Part shown: one piece after another, positions 15,301 through 27,067 of the stretch | Numbering within the stretch: position 1 is the first letter of the stretch | Layout of the letters: each line of letters begins with the position of its first letter | NCBI RefSeq assembly: GCF_028641065.1 | Contig: NC_073406.1 | Span: 5,456,001-5,520,000, forward strand | Length of the DNA: 64,000 nucleotides | Direction of reading: 5' to 3' | Source of the DNA: Leucoraja erinacea | Taxonomy: Eukaryota | Notes under the pieces: model-generated | What the model was told of the DNA's origin: nothing | The model's database searches: none | What the model saw: the letters and a program-made list of their open reading frames with translations, nothing else | Position numbers and translations under genes: made by a program

Positions 15301-17753
15301 GCTATCAATCCTATCGAGACATGATGTTCTCACCTGCCAGCTTCCAGCAGAAATTCCCAGTTCAAACCGCCAATGTTCGTATCCCATGAGCGTAACATTC
15401 GCCCTCCTCCTGACACGGCCAATGCATCTGTGAAAAAGTGCAAGAACTTGCTCAGAATTCTTTAAAACCTTTCTTAAATATTTAAATTAAGGTTTAAATT
15501 AGTTAACATAATCCAGCAAACAAATGAATCCATTGTATGTTCGGCACAGACATTGTGGATCAAAGGGCCTTTTCATGTGCTATACGGTTCCATGTAACCC
15601 TGACAATGTAGTTTAAATAATTTTCAAATTATTCCTTCTGCCATTTTGTGTTTCATTTCCCACTGTGCTATCTTCCACAATCCAGTTATCAATAGCATCA
15701 TATGATAGCATCTAGGGTTAATCCCACAAAATTAAAATTCAGTACTCTGGAAATGTCAAGATTGAACTCCACCAAAATTACATTCCATGGAAGTATTTCA
15801 ATCTGGTAATCAGATTGCGGAATAAATCGGTGATTTTACAACAGAATGAAATAATCTCACAAAATAAGTATAGATTGTCTGAAACTGGAACCAGTGAAGC
15901 CTCATTGGGACTTGACAAATGCTTAGAGGAAAAAAAAAATGGATGATGTTCACTCACCCTGCCCATAAAATAACAATAGATCCACATCCCCCTCGGGACC
16001 TTCTTTATCCACCTGACGCCAGACTGCAAAACAAAAATTTAAAAACAAGGCTGGAAAAGGTGACAGTTTACAATCTAGAAGAAAAGATGGCTGACAATCA
16101 AGTTAATGATTGCAATATCGGCTCCAAATCAAACTCACGGATCTCCCCAGTCCTCAAGTTGAAAGAAGCGATCACATTTTTCTCTGTTACAACCACAAGC
16201 TTCTTTGAGCTCTGCGTAGGTGTATCAAAATATGCAAACCGGGGTTTCCCAACATATTGACGTCTCCTTAAAGAATTAAAACAGAAACAATACAGAAATT
16301 TAATGGTGATAAAGTACTGCTCAGGGACTTCATAAAGTAATAATAGGAACGTAGACATTAAGTCAATATGCCATTTGCCCCATTGTGCCAGTATTGGTCT
16401 TTGGAAGAGCAATCCTTTTCATACTATTTCTAAATTTTCTAACTCCTAATCAAAAATTGCTATGCCTCTCGCACCAATCTGGAAGGCTATACATTTCAGG
16501 CCATCACGACACACTGTGTAAGTAAAACACTAAGCTATTGCATTTTCACTGGGAACTATAGCTCCTTGAGCAAAACACAAAGTGCTGTAAGATCTGTCAG
16601 GTAGCATCTACTGTACAGGTTATTAATTTAATACGTTTTTGTTTGTTATACAGGGTATGTTATATATATGTATTGTATTTACAGGCATGTTAAGCTGTTG
16701 CCAGAAAGAATGTCACTGGTCTGTCGTCAGTACGTATGGCAATTAAACACTCGTGATTCCTTGCCTACTTTCTCATCTCTCTGTTCCAAAAGACCGTTCA
16801 AAATTGTGCACAGGAGACATAAGGAACTGCAGATGGTGGAATATTGAGTAAACCTCAAAGCGCTGGAGAAACTCAGCGAGTACGGCAGCATCTGGGGAGG
16901 GAATGCATTGGCGACAGGATCCTTCTTCAGATTGAAAGTCGGTCCCGTCGCCTGTCCATCCATGCTCACTTCATGGAGCTACTTCGCTCCACAGTCAAGA
17001 GTCAGTTTAATTGTCATTTGTACCGACAACGGAACAATGACATTCTTAATGTGCAGGATGGAACTGCAGATGCTGGTTTACACCGAAGACGGACACAAAA
17101 TGCCGGAGTAATTCAGCGCGACAGACAGCATCTATGAAGAGGAGAAATGGGCGACGTTTCATGACCCGAACATCACCCATTCCTTCTCTCCAGGCGTGCT
17201 TCCTGTCGCGTTGAGTTACTCCAGCATTTGTATCTACCTTCAATGACATTCTTACTTGCAGCAGTTTAACAGGCACGTAGACACATGAGAAGGGGATGCT
17301 TCGTCAGCGGGAACCTCCTTCAGACTGAAGCGACCTGTCGACTGTCAATTTCCTCCACAGATGCTGTCCGGACCGCTGAGTTCTTCCAGCACTTTAGTGT
17401 ATTACAAAATTGTACAATGGAATCCGTGTCACCGCGCATTCGACTCTCTGAAACGTTTCAAGCCTTTATTGCGGACTTGTGTCGAGGCTGAGTTGGTGTT
17501 GACTTCCAGTTAATCGGTGCGGACCAGCAGAGCCGCCCTGACCGGGTTCCCACAGCACCGGCTCCCGCCGCACCGGCCACTCGCAGCCTCGCCTCCCGAT
17601 TACTGCCAACTCCCTGCCTCCCCGCCAGCCCCGGAGCGGCGAGTGTCTCCTCTCAGCGACTCACCAGTCGAACTTCCCGACCTGATCTTCATAAATCGCC
17701 GCTGAAAACTCGAAGAGAGAGAGAAGGAACCAAACGCTACAGAAAACCACCAT
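334..17753 (-). CDS. EMC1: ER membrane protein complex subunit 1, coding exons 1-16 (gene continues beyond left edge)
   Basis: Minus-strand exons with GT-AG boundaries and consistent phase: 17665-17753, 16139-16266, 15958-16023, 15334-15427, 13756-13884, 12387-12513, 11639-11782, 10387-10554, 9077-9148, 8799-8858 (tentative), 8199-8297, 7666-7762, 7227-7343, 4331-4530, 2672-2821, 334-495. Translation gives a signal peptide plus [94 protein letters not shown] and [25 protein letters not shown], all matching recalled vertebrate EMC1. Confidence 0.96.
1855..2185 (+). mobile_element. CR1-type LINE 3' end
   Basis: [35 protein letters not shown] is the typical CR1 ORF2 C-terminus. Tail gggccgaagggcccgtttcc. 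Confidence 0.85.
3780..3965. mobile_element. Fold-back (inverted) Penelope pseudo-LTR pair
   Basis: Near-perfect inverted arms of ~77 bp (3780-3856 and 3858-3934), centred on tttcggcccgaaa. Confidence 0.85.
7410..7623. mobile_element. Tc1/mariner terminal fragment in an EMC1 intron
   Basis: Ends in cattatggagggcactg|ta, the reverse complement of a TA-CAGTG Tc1-type terminus. Confidence 0.55.
14640..15205 (+). mobile_element. CR1-type LINE 3' fragment, degraded
   Basis: ttggagtactgtgtgcagttct (LEYCVQFW-like) and ctaaggggagacct (LRGDL) motifs, followed by the CR1 tail. Confidence 0.75.
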
Positions 17754-17764
17754 CACTGCTCGGT

Positions 17765-17970
17765 CCTCCAGTATCCCGGCATGCACGGGAGCCCGGGACC
17801 TCCAGTGTCCCGGCATGCACGGGAGCCCGGGACCTCCAGTATCCCGGCATGCACGGGAGCCCGGGACCTCCAGTATCCCGGCATGCACGGGAGCCCGGGA
17901 CCTCCAGCACCCCGGCATGCACGGGAGCCCGGGACCTCCAGTATCCCGGCATGCACGGGAGCCCGGGACC
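17765..17970. repeat. 34-bp minisatellite, 6 copies
   Basis: Unit cctccagtatcccggcatgcacgggagcccggga starting at 17765, 17799, 17833, 17867, 17901 and 17935. Confidence 0.97.
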
Positions 17971-18132
17971 AGAGGCGGACACCGATCGACGTTGAAATCA
18001 AATCCGTCTAAAACATTTAACACTTTGTTTGTAGATTTTAAATTTAGATGGAATAATAATAAACGACGCGTTGCATCAAAGTCTAACTCAACAGTTTCGT
18101 CGTAAATGTTGGAGAGGATCTAAGATAGAGGA

Positions 18133-18297
18133 GGAGTAGGGGCGGTGGTGGCCACACGGGGCGCTGACGGCGGAGTAGGGGCGGTGGTGGCCACACGGGG
18201 CGCTGACGGCGGAGTAGGGGCGGTGGTGGCCACACGGGGCGCTGACGGCGGAGTAGGGGCGGTGGTGGCCACACGGGGCGCTGACGGCGGAGTAGGC
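18133..18297. repeat. 39-bp minisatellite, ~4.2 copies, each with a GC box
   Basis: Unit ggagtaggggcggtggtggccacacggggcgctgacggc at 18133, 18172, 18211 and 18250, with a partial copy at 18289. Confidence 0.97.
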
Positions 18298-18451
18298 GGC
18301 GGCGGACACACGTGAGGAGGCCGACAGACAGACAGACAGACCCAGACCGGGCCGGTCGTGGTCAACACAACACAACACAACACAGCCGGTTACAGCTCCA
18401 GCCTCCACAGGCGCATTCCACACCAGCAGCAGCAGCGCCGCCGTCATCATC

Positions 18452-21400
18452 ATGCCGCGATCCCGGCGGGACAAGCGGGGTAAGAGCGCGGCCCAGACAC
18501 CACCGATGCCGGACTCGTGAGCGGAGTGTTGGGGGAACTGTGAGCACAGATGCAGTGGCGCAGCGGGTAGAGACCAAAGATCCTATAGCGGATCCTATAG
18601 TGCTCTAGGATCTTTGCCTGAGACCCCGCAGGGTTCGATCCCGACCTCGGCTGCTGTCTTGTCTGTGTGTGGAGTTAGCACTGGGTTTCCTTCAGGTGTT
18701 CCGGTTTCCTCCAACATCCCAAAGTTTCGGCCCGAAACCTTTTTCTATTTGTTTAAGAGGGAACTGCAGATGCTGGAGAATCGAAGGTTACACAAATAAG
18801 CTGGAGAAACTCAGCGGGTGCAGCAGCATCTATGGAGCGAAGGAAATAGGCAACGTTTCGGCCCGAAACGTTGCCTTCTTCAGACTGGGAGGAGGGTTTC
18901 TGCAGTCGCTGAGTTTCTCCAGCTTATTTGTGTAACCTTTTTCTATTTCCTTCGCTCCATAGATGCTGCTGCACCCGCCGAGTTTCTCCAGCTTTTTTTG
19001 TGTACCTTCCCAAAGATGTACGTGGTTTGTAGGTTAACTAGGCTAATCCATTTCTCGAATGGATGAGAAACTAATGTGCTTAAGAAGGAACTGCAGATGC
19101 TGGAGAAACTCAGCGGGTGCAGCAGCATCTATGGAGCGAAGGAAATGGGCAACATTTCGGGCCGAAACCCTTCTTCAAACTAATGTGAACTGGTTGATCG
19201 ATGGTCGGCGTGGGCATAAGGTTTACATGCCGTATCTCTAACTAAATGATATATCAGGACGACCCAACGATCTGAAGAATAATTTTACAAAATAAGAAAG
19301 ATTCAACCAAAATTAAATCTGATTTTTATTTGGTCTCTGTTGGTGATCGTCGTTGTTTTTTGAATATCTTTCATGTATTTGTTCTATGTACCTTCAATGT
19401 TTCTCTTTTCCATGACTCGCAGTCTGAAGAAGGGCCTTGACCCAAATGTCACCCTTTTCTCCCAAGATACTGCCCGACCCACCAGCTTTTTGTGTCTCTC
19501 TTCTATTTGGTCTCTAAGTCTGTTGATTAAATCGCTGTATTAACTCAATACTTTTTTATTTCTCCAGTTTCTTTGACCAAAACAACTAAGAAACGATTAC
19601 AGGTCAAACAGAGCTTAATCGAGGAGGTGAGTCTACAATCAATAGGGACCAATCAGACCGCTCCTATTATATTTTCTGTTTTTATCCTCGTGGCCACATA
19701 CTAGGTTCCTGGGCGTCTCTCCTGTGGAAATGGCTCTCCACCCGCTTCTCATTCTTGCCCTCACTGCTTACAGAAACAAATTCAGCCAGCATATTTTGTC
19801 GTTGGTTGAAACTAGTTTAAAAATATGTGAATACAATGATGTCGAATAGTTCCCACAACAGTTGATCTTAAAGTAAATTAACAACTATGTACATGATGTA
19901 TCCTTTTAAAATATACACTAAAGAAAATATACTAAATGTTTTCCTCTTTCCCCATCCCCAGCTCTGAACCTCCTTGTCATTCTTCAACACCCTGACTCCA
20001 TCTCCATGTATTTATTGCAGCCCTAAAAACCTCATAAATCAAGCAGCCCCCCCCCCCCCCCCCCACTCAATTGCATCATAGCAAAAACACGTAAATACAA
20101 TTTTTGGAATTGTAAGGTGCTGTTGTTTAAGATTCATTATTATTTCTTCAACATTTCAGATAAAATCTCCAAAAAGCTGCCAACATACCTGTAGTTTGTT
20201 TTCCTTGTTACTGACACTTGTTTGCAATTTTTTTTTAAAGTTACGAAAATGTGTGGACATGTACACAAACCTCTTTGTCTTTTCTGTTGAGAACATGAGA
20301 AATAACAAACTGAAGGATATGCGATGTGCCTGGAAACACAGCCGGTGAGATCCTATAGTTTTTTTTTCCTTAATGATACTGGATGATTAATTAAGTCGCT
20401 TAGCATGGGAACCATGTGTTGGTTAGCTCATTTGTCATGTAGAGAATGAGTTAAATTAAACTATTCAGTCCCCGTGGGCATATTCTGCCATTCAGTTCCA
20501 TCATAGCTGATCTGTGTCGACAACACACCAAATTTAGGGACTATACTTGCATGTTTGGTTTTTCATCCAATTGTAACCAGAGAATCATCAAAATGTTCCT
20601 GAGCATGTACAATTTTCTTTTTGTGCTTTCCTGGGATTGATGTTTGACTCCCATGCCCAAATCTTATCTGCATCCTGTTCCTTAGCAATATCGTCAAATG
20701 CATGATGATTTTCTACATGTATGCTGGTGACCCTCAACTCCACACACGCTTGACCCTTTTGTCTAATTTCTTGCATGACATCCAGTAGTTGATGAGAATA
20801 AAGGCCATCTTCCATGTTGCATCATTCATGTAATTCTGAGCTGTTTCTTCATGCCCATTTTCAACTTTCATTGCTTACCCAGTTTGATACTCTACGAGGC
20901 TATATTAAAGCCTGTTTAAATTAGATTAATTCCATTTATTTACCTTCTATAACATGTTAGATTATTAAGTTGGTTAATCAATCTGTTTTCTAAATCTCTA
21001 TGCCCCTTCTTAATTCCTAGATCACTATCAAAACTCGAATGTAATTAACTCTTACATCGTATGTCTTCATGTTTCCCCACAATTAATTTTATTTGCCGTA
21101 ACTTTCTCTTTCCATCTATTTTAAGCCACTAAAATGATTGTCGACAAACTTGCATGTAGTGGCTTCCTACTTCAATTTTTATGTTGAGAAACCAAGTGCC
21201 CAATACAGTCAGTTCCCTGAGGCCTTCCATCTCCTAGGTTTAGGTTTACTATTATCATGTGTAATGAGGTTCATGAAAAGCTTTGCATTGCATGCTAATC
21301 AATTCTCTATAACTATGCTGGAGTTTACCTGTCAATTCTGTGATCATACTAATGTGATTTAGTTTAGTTTAAGGATACAGTGCGGAAACCGACCCTTTCG

Positions 21401-23837
21401 TCCCACTGACCAGCGATCCCCACACATTAACCCTGGGGACAATTTACACTTATACCAAGCCAATTAATGTACAAACCTGAGAGATACAAAAAGCTGGAGT
21501 AACTCAGCGGGACATTATGTATTTGGATTGTGGGAGGAAACCAAAGTTCTCGGAGAAAACCCACGCGGTCACGGGGATAATGTACAAACTCTGTATAGAC
21601 AGTGCCAGTAGTTGGGATCGAACCCGAATCTCTGGCGCTGTAAGGCAGCAAGTCTACCTCTGCACCTCTGTAATCTATGTTTCTATAAGCTCTCTTTTAT
21701 GCCCCTATGTAAAAGATTTCAAGATATTTTCTGTTGTACTTGTGCAGGTTCTTCTTGGGTAAAAATAAAGTGATGGTGGTGGCTCTGGGAAAAGGATCAG
21801 CAGATGAATATAAGGATGGTTTACACAAGGTGAGCTCTTGGCAACTGCCCGTGTACTGAATTGTTCAATGTATTTTGGCAGTACAATGGGTAAAGCTTTG
21901 AGGTTGATGGGGTTTATTTTTGTCATTTGTCACCCTAAAACTTTGCCTTTGTTTCTCTATGACCTGTTGTATGTTTGGAGCAGCGTTTCTCAAACTTTTT
22001 ACCCTTGCGGAACCCTTGAAATAATTTTGATGTCTCGGGGAAACCCCAACATAAAAATTATTATCTATCTTTATTAATCTCTTTCTCTTTCATAGTTCAT
22101 AAGGCAAACATAATATCTTTTTCTGATAACTGGTTTAAGCAAAAAATAACTTGCATTTTTCTCAAGCTTATTGACAATGGGGAAAAAATAAAATCATACT
22201 GCTTGTTCAAAACTGAAGCTAATAAAGGCAAACAGAAGAACTAACCTTGGACGAGAGAGGGAGAGAGAAAACAAAACACAAACTTTTTATAAACTAACAA
22301 AAGCATACATAAATAAACTTGATCAACTAACAAAAATAAACAAACATACTTAAATAAATGTTTTAAATTCATATTATGGGTAAAAATTACTAAATAACGT
22401 GGGCGAATGAGGGACTGTGCCTGCACGCCACAGACAGGACTAATGGAGACCATGCTTGCGCCTGTACTTGAGTGAGTCACTTGATAATACACAAATCCGT
22501 CACGTACAGCCCCTGACCACTAATGGCCGTTTCACACTGGCGCCGTATAGACATTGCAAATTATGCCGTACGTGTATAATAAAATTACAAATATGAAATT
22601 AAACACAAAAATGACTCAAAGATGCATTTACATATGATTAAAGGTAGACAAAATGCCGGAGTAACGCAGCGAGCGAGGCAGCATCTATGAGTAGGAATGG
22701 GCGACGTTTCGGGTCGAGACCGTTCTGCAGACTGATGTCGGGAGGGGGTGGCAAAAAAATAATATTTCTCTCGGAGCACCTAGCGACCTCTCGCGGAACC
22801 CTAGCGTTCCGGGGAACCCTGGTTGAGAAACGTTGGTTTGGAGCATCAGCAATATTTGACATTGTTTCAAAAATGATCTTCCCTTTGTAGGTCAGTGCAC
22901 AGCTAGAAGGTGAAGTTGGTCTCCTGTTCACTGATCGCACAAAGGCAGAGGTGATTGAGTAAGTTTCTTGATTTTCTTACTTTCTTTGACATACAATGTG
23001 CTTGTGTTCTTTTATCATGCCTCTGCCAACGCGCTTTCCACATCTTGATCGACAGGTGGTTTGCTCAGTACTCGGAATCTGATTTTGCACGGTCTGGGAA
23101 CAAAGCTACGATGGCCATTACACTTGACGCTGGGCCACTACCACAATTCACTCACTCCATGGAGCCACAATTACGGAAACTTGGTTTACCGACCACGCTG
23201 AAGAAAGGTGCAGAAATGATAACAATTGCCCCTTTGCCAAGTATTTGATGAAGTTGATTATTTGATTAAAGATGTCAATTCATGTGATTGTCTTCTAGGT
23301 GTCGTGACATTGTTGAGTGATTATGACGTATGTAAAGAAGGTGCCTCACTGACACCCGAGCAAACACGCCTACTGGTTAGTACTATTATTTCAAATTTTG
23401 GCTTTTAATTTGTGGAATTACCACACCAGAAGGCTGAAAACCATGAATGAGGTGAACCCGAGGGATTTTTAATTTAGTTTTTAGTTTAATTGAGGGTGGG
23501 GTCTTTCACAAATCTGTCTACAATAATCTCATTCGGTTATAGTATTCACCAAAACACCAGCACTTCTGCACCCACCCATTAAGATAACACACCAATATGT
23601 AGAAAAATGTGTCTTCCAAGTACAGAACATTTCTAAATGTTGAGCAACATTTGAGCAACCAAACACTAAATAATACTGGAATTAGGAAGTTTAAGACTTT
23701 TGTACTATTTGGTTGTCTTCTAGAAACTCCTTGGTATTGAGATGGCCACATTCAAAGTGACAATAAACTGCCTGTGGAATTCCAAGACTGGTGAATTTGA
23801 ACAACTTGCCGTGAGTGATAATGGAAAAAGCAAATAA
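18452..23837 (+). CDS. MRTO4: mRNA turnover protein 4 homolog (ribosome maturation factor), complete, 8 exons
   Basis: Exons 18452-18479, 19568-19626, 20241-20344, 21748-21829, 22891-22958, 23056-23207, 23299-23375, 23724-23837 (TAA). Translation [18 protein letters not shown]...[14 protein letters not shown]...[11 protein letters not shown]...[14 protein letters not shown]...[21 protein letters not shown] matches MRTO4. It is head-to-head with EMC1, as in mammals. Confidence 0.97.
18718..19180. mobile_element. Cluster of nested/inverted Penelope pseudo-LTR copies inside a V-SINE in MRTO4 intron 1
   Basis: Repeated gctggagaaactcagcgggtgcagcagcatctatggagcgaaggaaat and its reverse complement. 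The SINE head is at ~18553-18720 and the SINE tail resumes at ~19010. Confidence 0.75.
21981..22835. mobile_element. Non-autonomous hAT (Charlie-like) DNA transposon in MRTO4 intron 4
   Basis: TIRs CAGCGTTTCTCAA ... TTGAGAAACGTTG, with a perfect 8-bp TSD GTTTGGAG at 21973-21980 and 22836-22843. Confidence 0.9.
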
Positions 23838-25981
23838 GTGGCAGAGATGGATGACTAGCAGGGAATTCAAAGGTTTTGTCCTATGCTTGACCTGTTAAAG
23901 TGACTGAACAATGCTATACACGAGAGAAGAATTTGTGGAAACCAACATAATTGCAACTTTTCTAATAAAAATGTTGAAACATAACAGACTTTTGGTTGAA
24001 TCTCACCAAGTGAAGCAATAATGGTGAATTGACTTTTGTACTGGCATCTGGGTAATTTAACAATGAAACATGTCATTGATTATATAAAGATAATCTCTTC
24101 AATGCATTTGAGGATTTTGCACCCAATGGATGCTTCTGAAATATAGTCAGTTGTAAGAAGCAACTAATGTGGACAACAATATACTATGGTCAGAAAGCAA
24201 AATGGGAAGACTTGTCCTTGAGTGATCTATCAATGTCCTTGTAATAATGAGCCAGATAGGACCTCCAAAGGTACAATGTTCCATCTATAACAATTGAGTT
24301 CCACTTTTCAACAAAATGCCAGTCACATTTGTGCTCCAATCCTGAATGTGTGCTATATATGAATGAGTCATAACAGCCTTAATATCAATTTTCAACTATG
24401 TACGTATGACCAATCACTATCATTAGAAGTTTTTAAATCCACATGCAATGCCAGGTAGCATTTGTACACTTTACTCCACAACTGAAGGGGTTATAGTGAT
24501 ACTGTACATTCAGGAAAGCAGGTGCACAGTTGACCTGTGTAAGGATTCACAGTGGCAGTGATAAACGTGCCATCTCACAGTCAGTGTCCAGGGTTAAATC
24601 CTGACCTTGTGTTGTGTCTACAGAGTTTGTACGTTCTCCCTTTGACAATGCCCGTTTTCTCCAGGTGCCCCGGTTTACTCCCACACTCCAAAGACATGCA
24701 GTTTTGTAGGTTAATTGGCTTCTGGAAATTATCTCTAGTGTGTAGGAGTGAAATAGTGTACCAGTGATCGTTGGTTGGCGTGAGCCAAAGGGCCTGTTTC
24801 CAAGCTATATCTGTAAAGTCTAAATCTCAAAGGGGTGAACTATAGATTTGAACAAACTGCGCAAAATAATATCACTACTTTCTGTGTATTGATCCGGTTT
24901 GAGTGAATCATCCTAGTAGGAATGAGAAAACAACTGATATCAAATGCAAAAAGGAATCAATTGTTTTTATTCAAGCAAACAAAGCAAATATAATGTGTTG
25001 CCAACAAGGCTGGGATTCTACGTGATTTTAGATTACAGATCCCATCCAGCCAATCCTTATTCTGTCATTTTTCAAAGCAGCTCAGCAACATCCAAGGGTC
25101 AAGACACTTGAACATAACCCACTGCTATCAGGCTCCTTAAACTACACTCAGCTCATGGAATGTATTCCCTTTACCAGGTTATACTTGACTTTTTTAATTC
25201 CTATTTCAATTCGTGGTCCATGTTAACTGACATGGCATCCACCTGCCATGTCTCAACATTCGCTCAGTCAACTGAGCCCTTGGCTGGAGGTGGAGCATGT
25301 GACCTGACCCACCTCAGCTTGATTGATGGTGAATTTTCCTTTGGCAATGATTCTCAACTATCCCCATTTTAGGGGCAAGAGTTCAAACCAAGGCAAAAAC
25401 TATTGGTGAGAAAATTACAATTTCCAAGCTGCCAGCTGGGAACTGAAATGTCACAAAAACTATTAAGGTCACTGTCTTAATTTAAATTGCCCCAGAAATC
25501 TGGTAAACGAAGATATGAGCATATAATGTGTACAACATCTCTTCCCACTCACCACCCCAATCCACGTTGATCTAGATTGAACCAGAGACCCCATTGTTTT
25601 CCGGTGTCTCCCTCAACCAAAGACATCTTGTTACTCGGGAATTGCAGTGTGCTGACAGGCTTGGCTGGGCTGGATTACTGATCAACAGAATCGCCTGGCA
25701 ATGCAAAGGCTGGGCAGCTCCATCTCCCAGCACTAAGGGGCATCATCAGTGAGTGGAAGGTGGCTGGCTCAGTAAATGGCAGGCTACTCCACTGATCCAG
25801 CCACCTTCCAAATTAAAACAAATGTAAGTACTCCTGTAGGTAGACACAAATTGCTGGAGTAACTCAGAGGGTGAGGCAGCAGCTATGGAGAGAAGGAATG
25901 GGTGACATTTCGGGTTGAGACGCTTCTTCAGACTGATGTCGGGGGTGGGGAGGGGGAAAGATAGAAAGTAGGCATAAATAT

Positions 25982-26096
25982 GTAGTGCAGTCTCACTACC
26001 TTACTTATGAAGCAAGAAAACTATAGAGCACAAATCAAAGCCACTGTTATATTGCAAAGACAATATAGATCCTACTTCTTGATGAAGAACCAGAGA
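25982..26096 (+). pseudogene. IQ-motif fragment, ASPM-like, fused in frame to the TLK2 fragment
   Basis: VVQSHY... followed by [20 protein letters not shown], matching the [IL]QxxYR IQ-repeat pattern typical of ASPM. The segment is short, so the source gene is tentative. Confidence 0.5.
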
Positions 26097-26626
26097 TGTG
26101 ACTTAAGAAGACAAATAGATGAACAACAGAAAAGGCTTAAACGATGCAAAGCATGGTTATATAAATGTATGACAATGAGTAAAAAGCTGCTAATAGAAAA
26201 GTCTAAACAAGAGCGCTTGTCGGTCGAGACAAAAATATGCAGGACCAATTGCGACTAGGACACTTCTCTACAGTCCAGCATGGAGCCTCCTTCACTGAGC
26301 AATGAACAGATGGTTATGCATCTCAGAATCTTGTTAAACAACAAGAGCGGATAAATACGCAGCGCGAGGAAATTGTGCGACAGAGGAAGCTGCTAGCAAA
26401 ACAAAAACCTGCAGCCATGTGTCAGATGCCACCTACAAATAATGAACAGAAACAGGAAAACAAAGCATATGAAGCAGAAAATGAAATGTGAACTTTAGCA
26501 GAATATCAGGAACAGGAAGAAATCTTCAAATTAAGATAAGGACATTTAAAAAGGGAAGAGGCAGAGATACGGGCAGAGCTAGAGCGATTAGAAAGAGTTT
26601 GCAATTTACACATAAGGGAACGGAAA
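26097..26626 (+). pseudogene. TLK2: Processed (intronless) fragment of tousled-like kinase 2, coiled-coil region
   Basis: Translates to [135 protein letters not shown]. It has one frameshift (~26222), three stops and no introns. Confidence 0.92.
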
Positions 26627-26898
26627 ATTATAACACATAAAGCAAGGGGTAATGTATTTGGTTTAAGGAAGATGGGTGGAACGAAAAAATTATGTGCTAA
26701 GTTTAGGTATGATTATTACAGCTATGAGGATGTATTGTAAGATTACTTCAATAATACAATTTTGCAACAGTGTATTAATCAATTATATTTCAGGTAAAGA
26801 GTATATACCGTGAAGGTGAAATTGAGCTACCTGCCACCAAGTTAAAAGGGGAGGAGTGCTATGTATGAAATAGAAATTGTGTTACCTGCCTCCAAGTT

Positions 26899-27067
26899 AA
26901 AGGGGGTGGAGTGTTATGTGTGAAATATAATTAACATATTTGATGTCTTGCATAATGATACGCATGCGCAGGAGACTCTAGGTGGCGTTCAGAATAAAGA
27001 AGCTTGTTAGTTAACTACCATGTCCGAGTTTTATTTAAAGTCTGTTACCAGCACCAAATACACAACA
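26899..27067 (+). mobile_element. Polypurine tract plus short (~156 bp) 3' LTR of a Gypsy-like/non-autonomous LTR element
   Basis: PPT aaagggggtggag (26899-26911) is followed immediately by TGTTATGTG (26912), AATAAA (26993-26998) and CACAACA (ends 27067). The termini are TG...CA with an imperfect inverted repeat. Penelope sequence resumes right after. Confidence 0.7.

Larger units (their letters stand above)
17500..18560. promoter_or_regulatory. CpG island / bidirectional promoter of EMC1 and MRTO4
   Basis: Strongly GC- and CpG-rich. Divergent start codons at 17753 (-) and 18452 (+), with multiple GGGGCGG boxes between them. Confidence 0.85.

Noticed and set aside
17765-18297. Regularly spaced 34-39 bp repeats resembling a CRISPR array
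   Set aside because: The units are contiguous with no unique spacers, the DNA is vertebrate and there are no cas genes. These are minisatellites.
26007-26258. 83-aa ORF as a functional IQ-TLK2 fusion protein
   Set aside because: The TLK2 frame is broken by a frameshift and three stops, and no promoter or upstream exon is evident. It is treated as a pseudogenic cassette.
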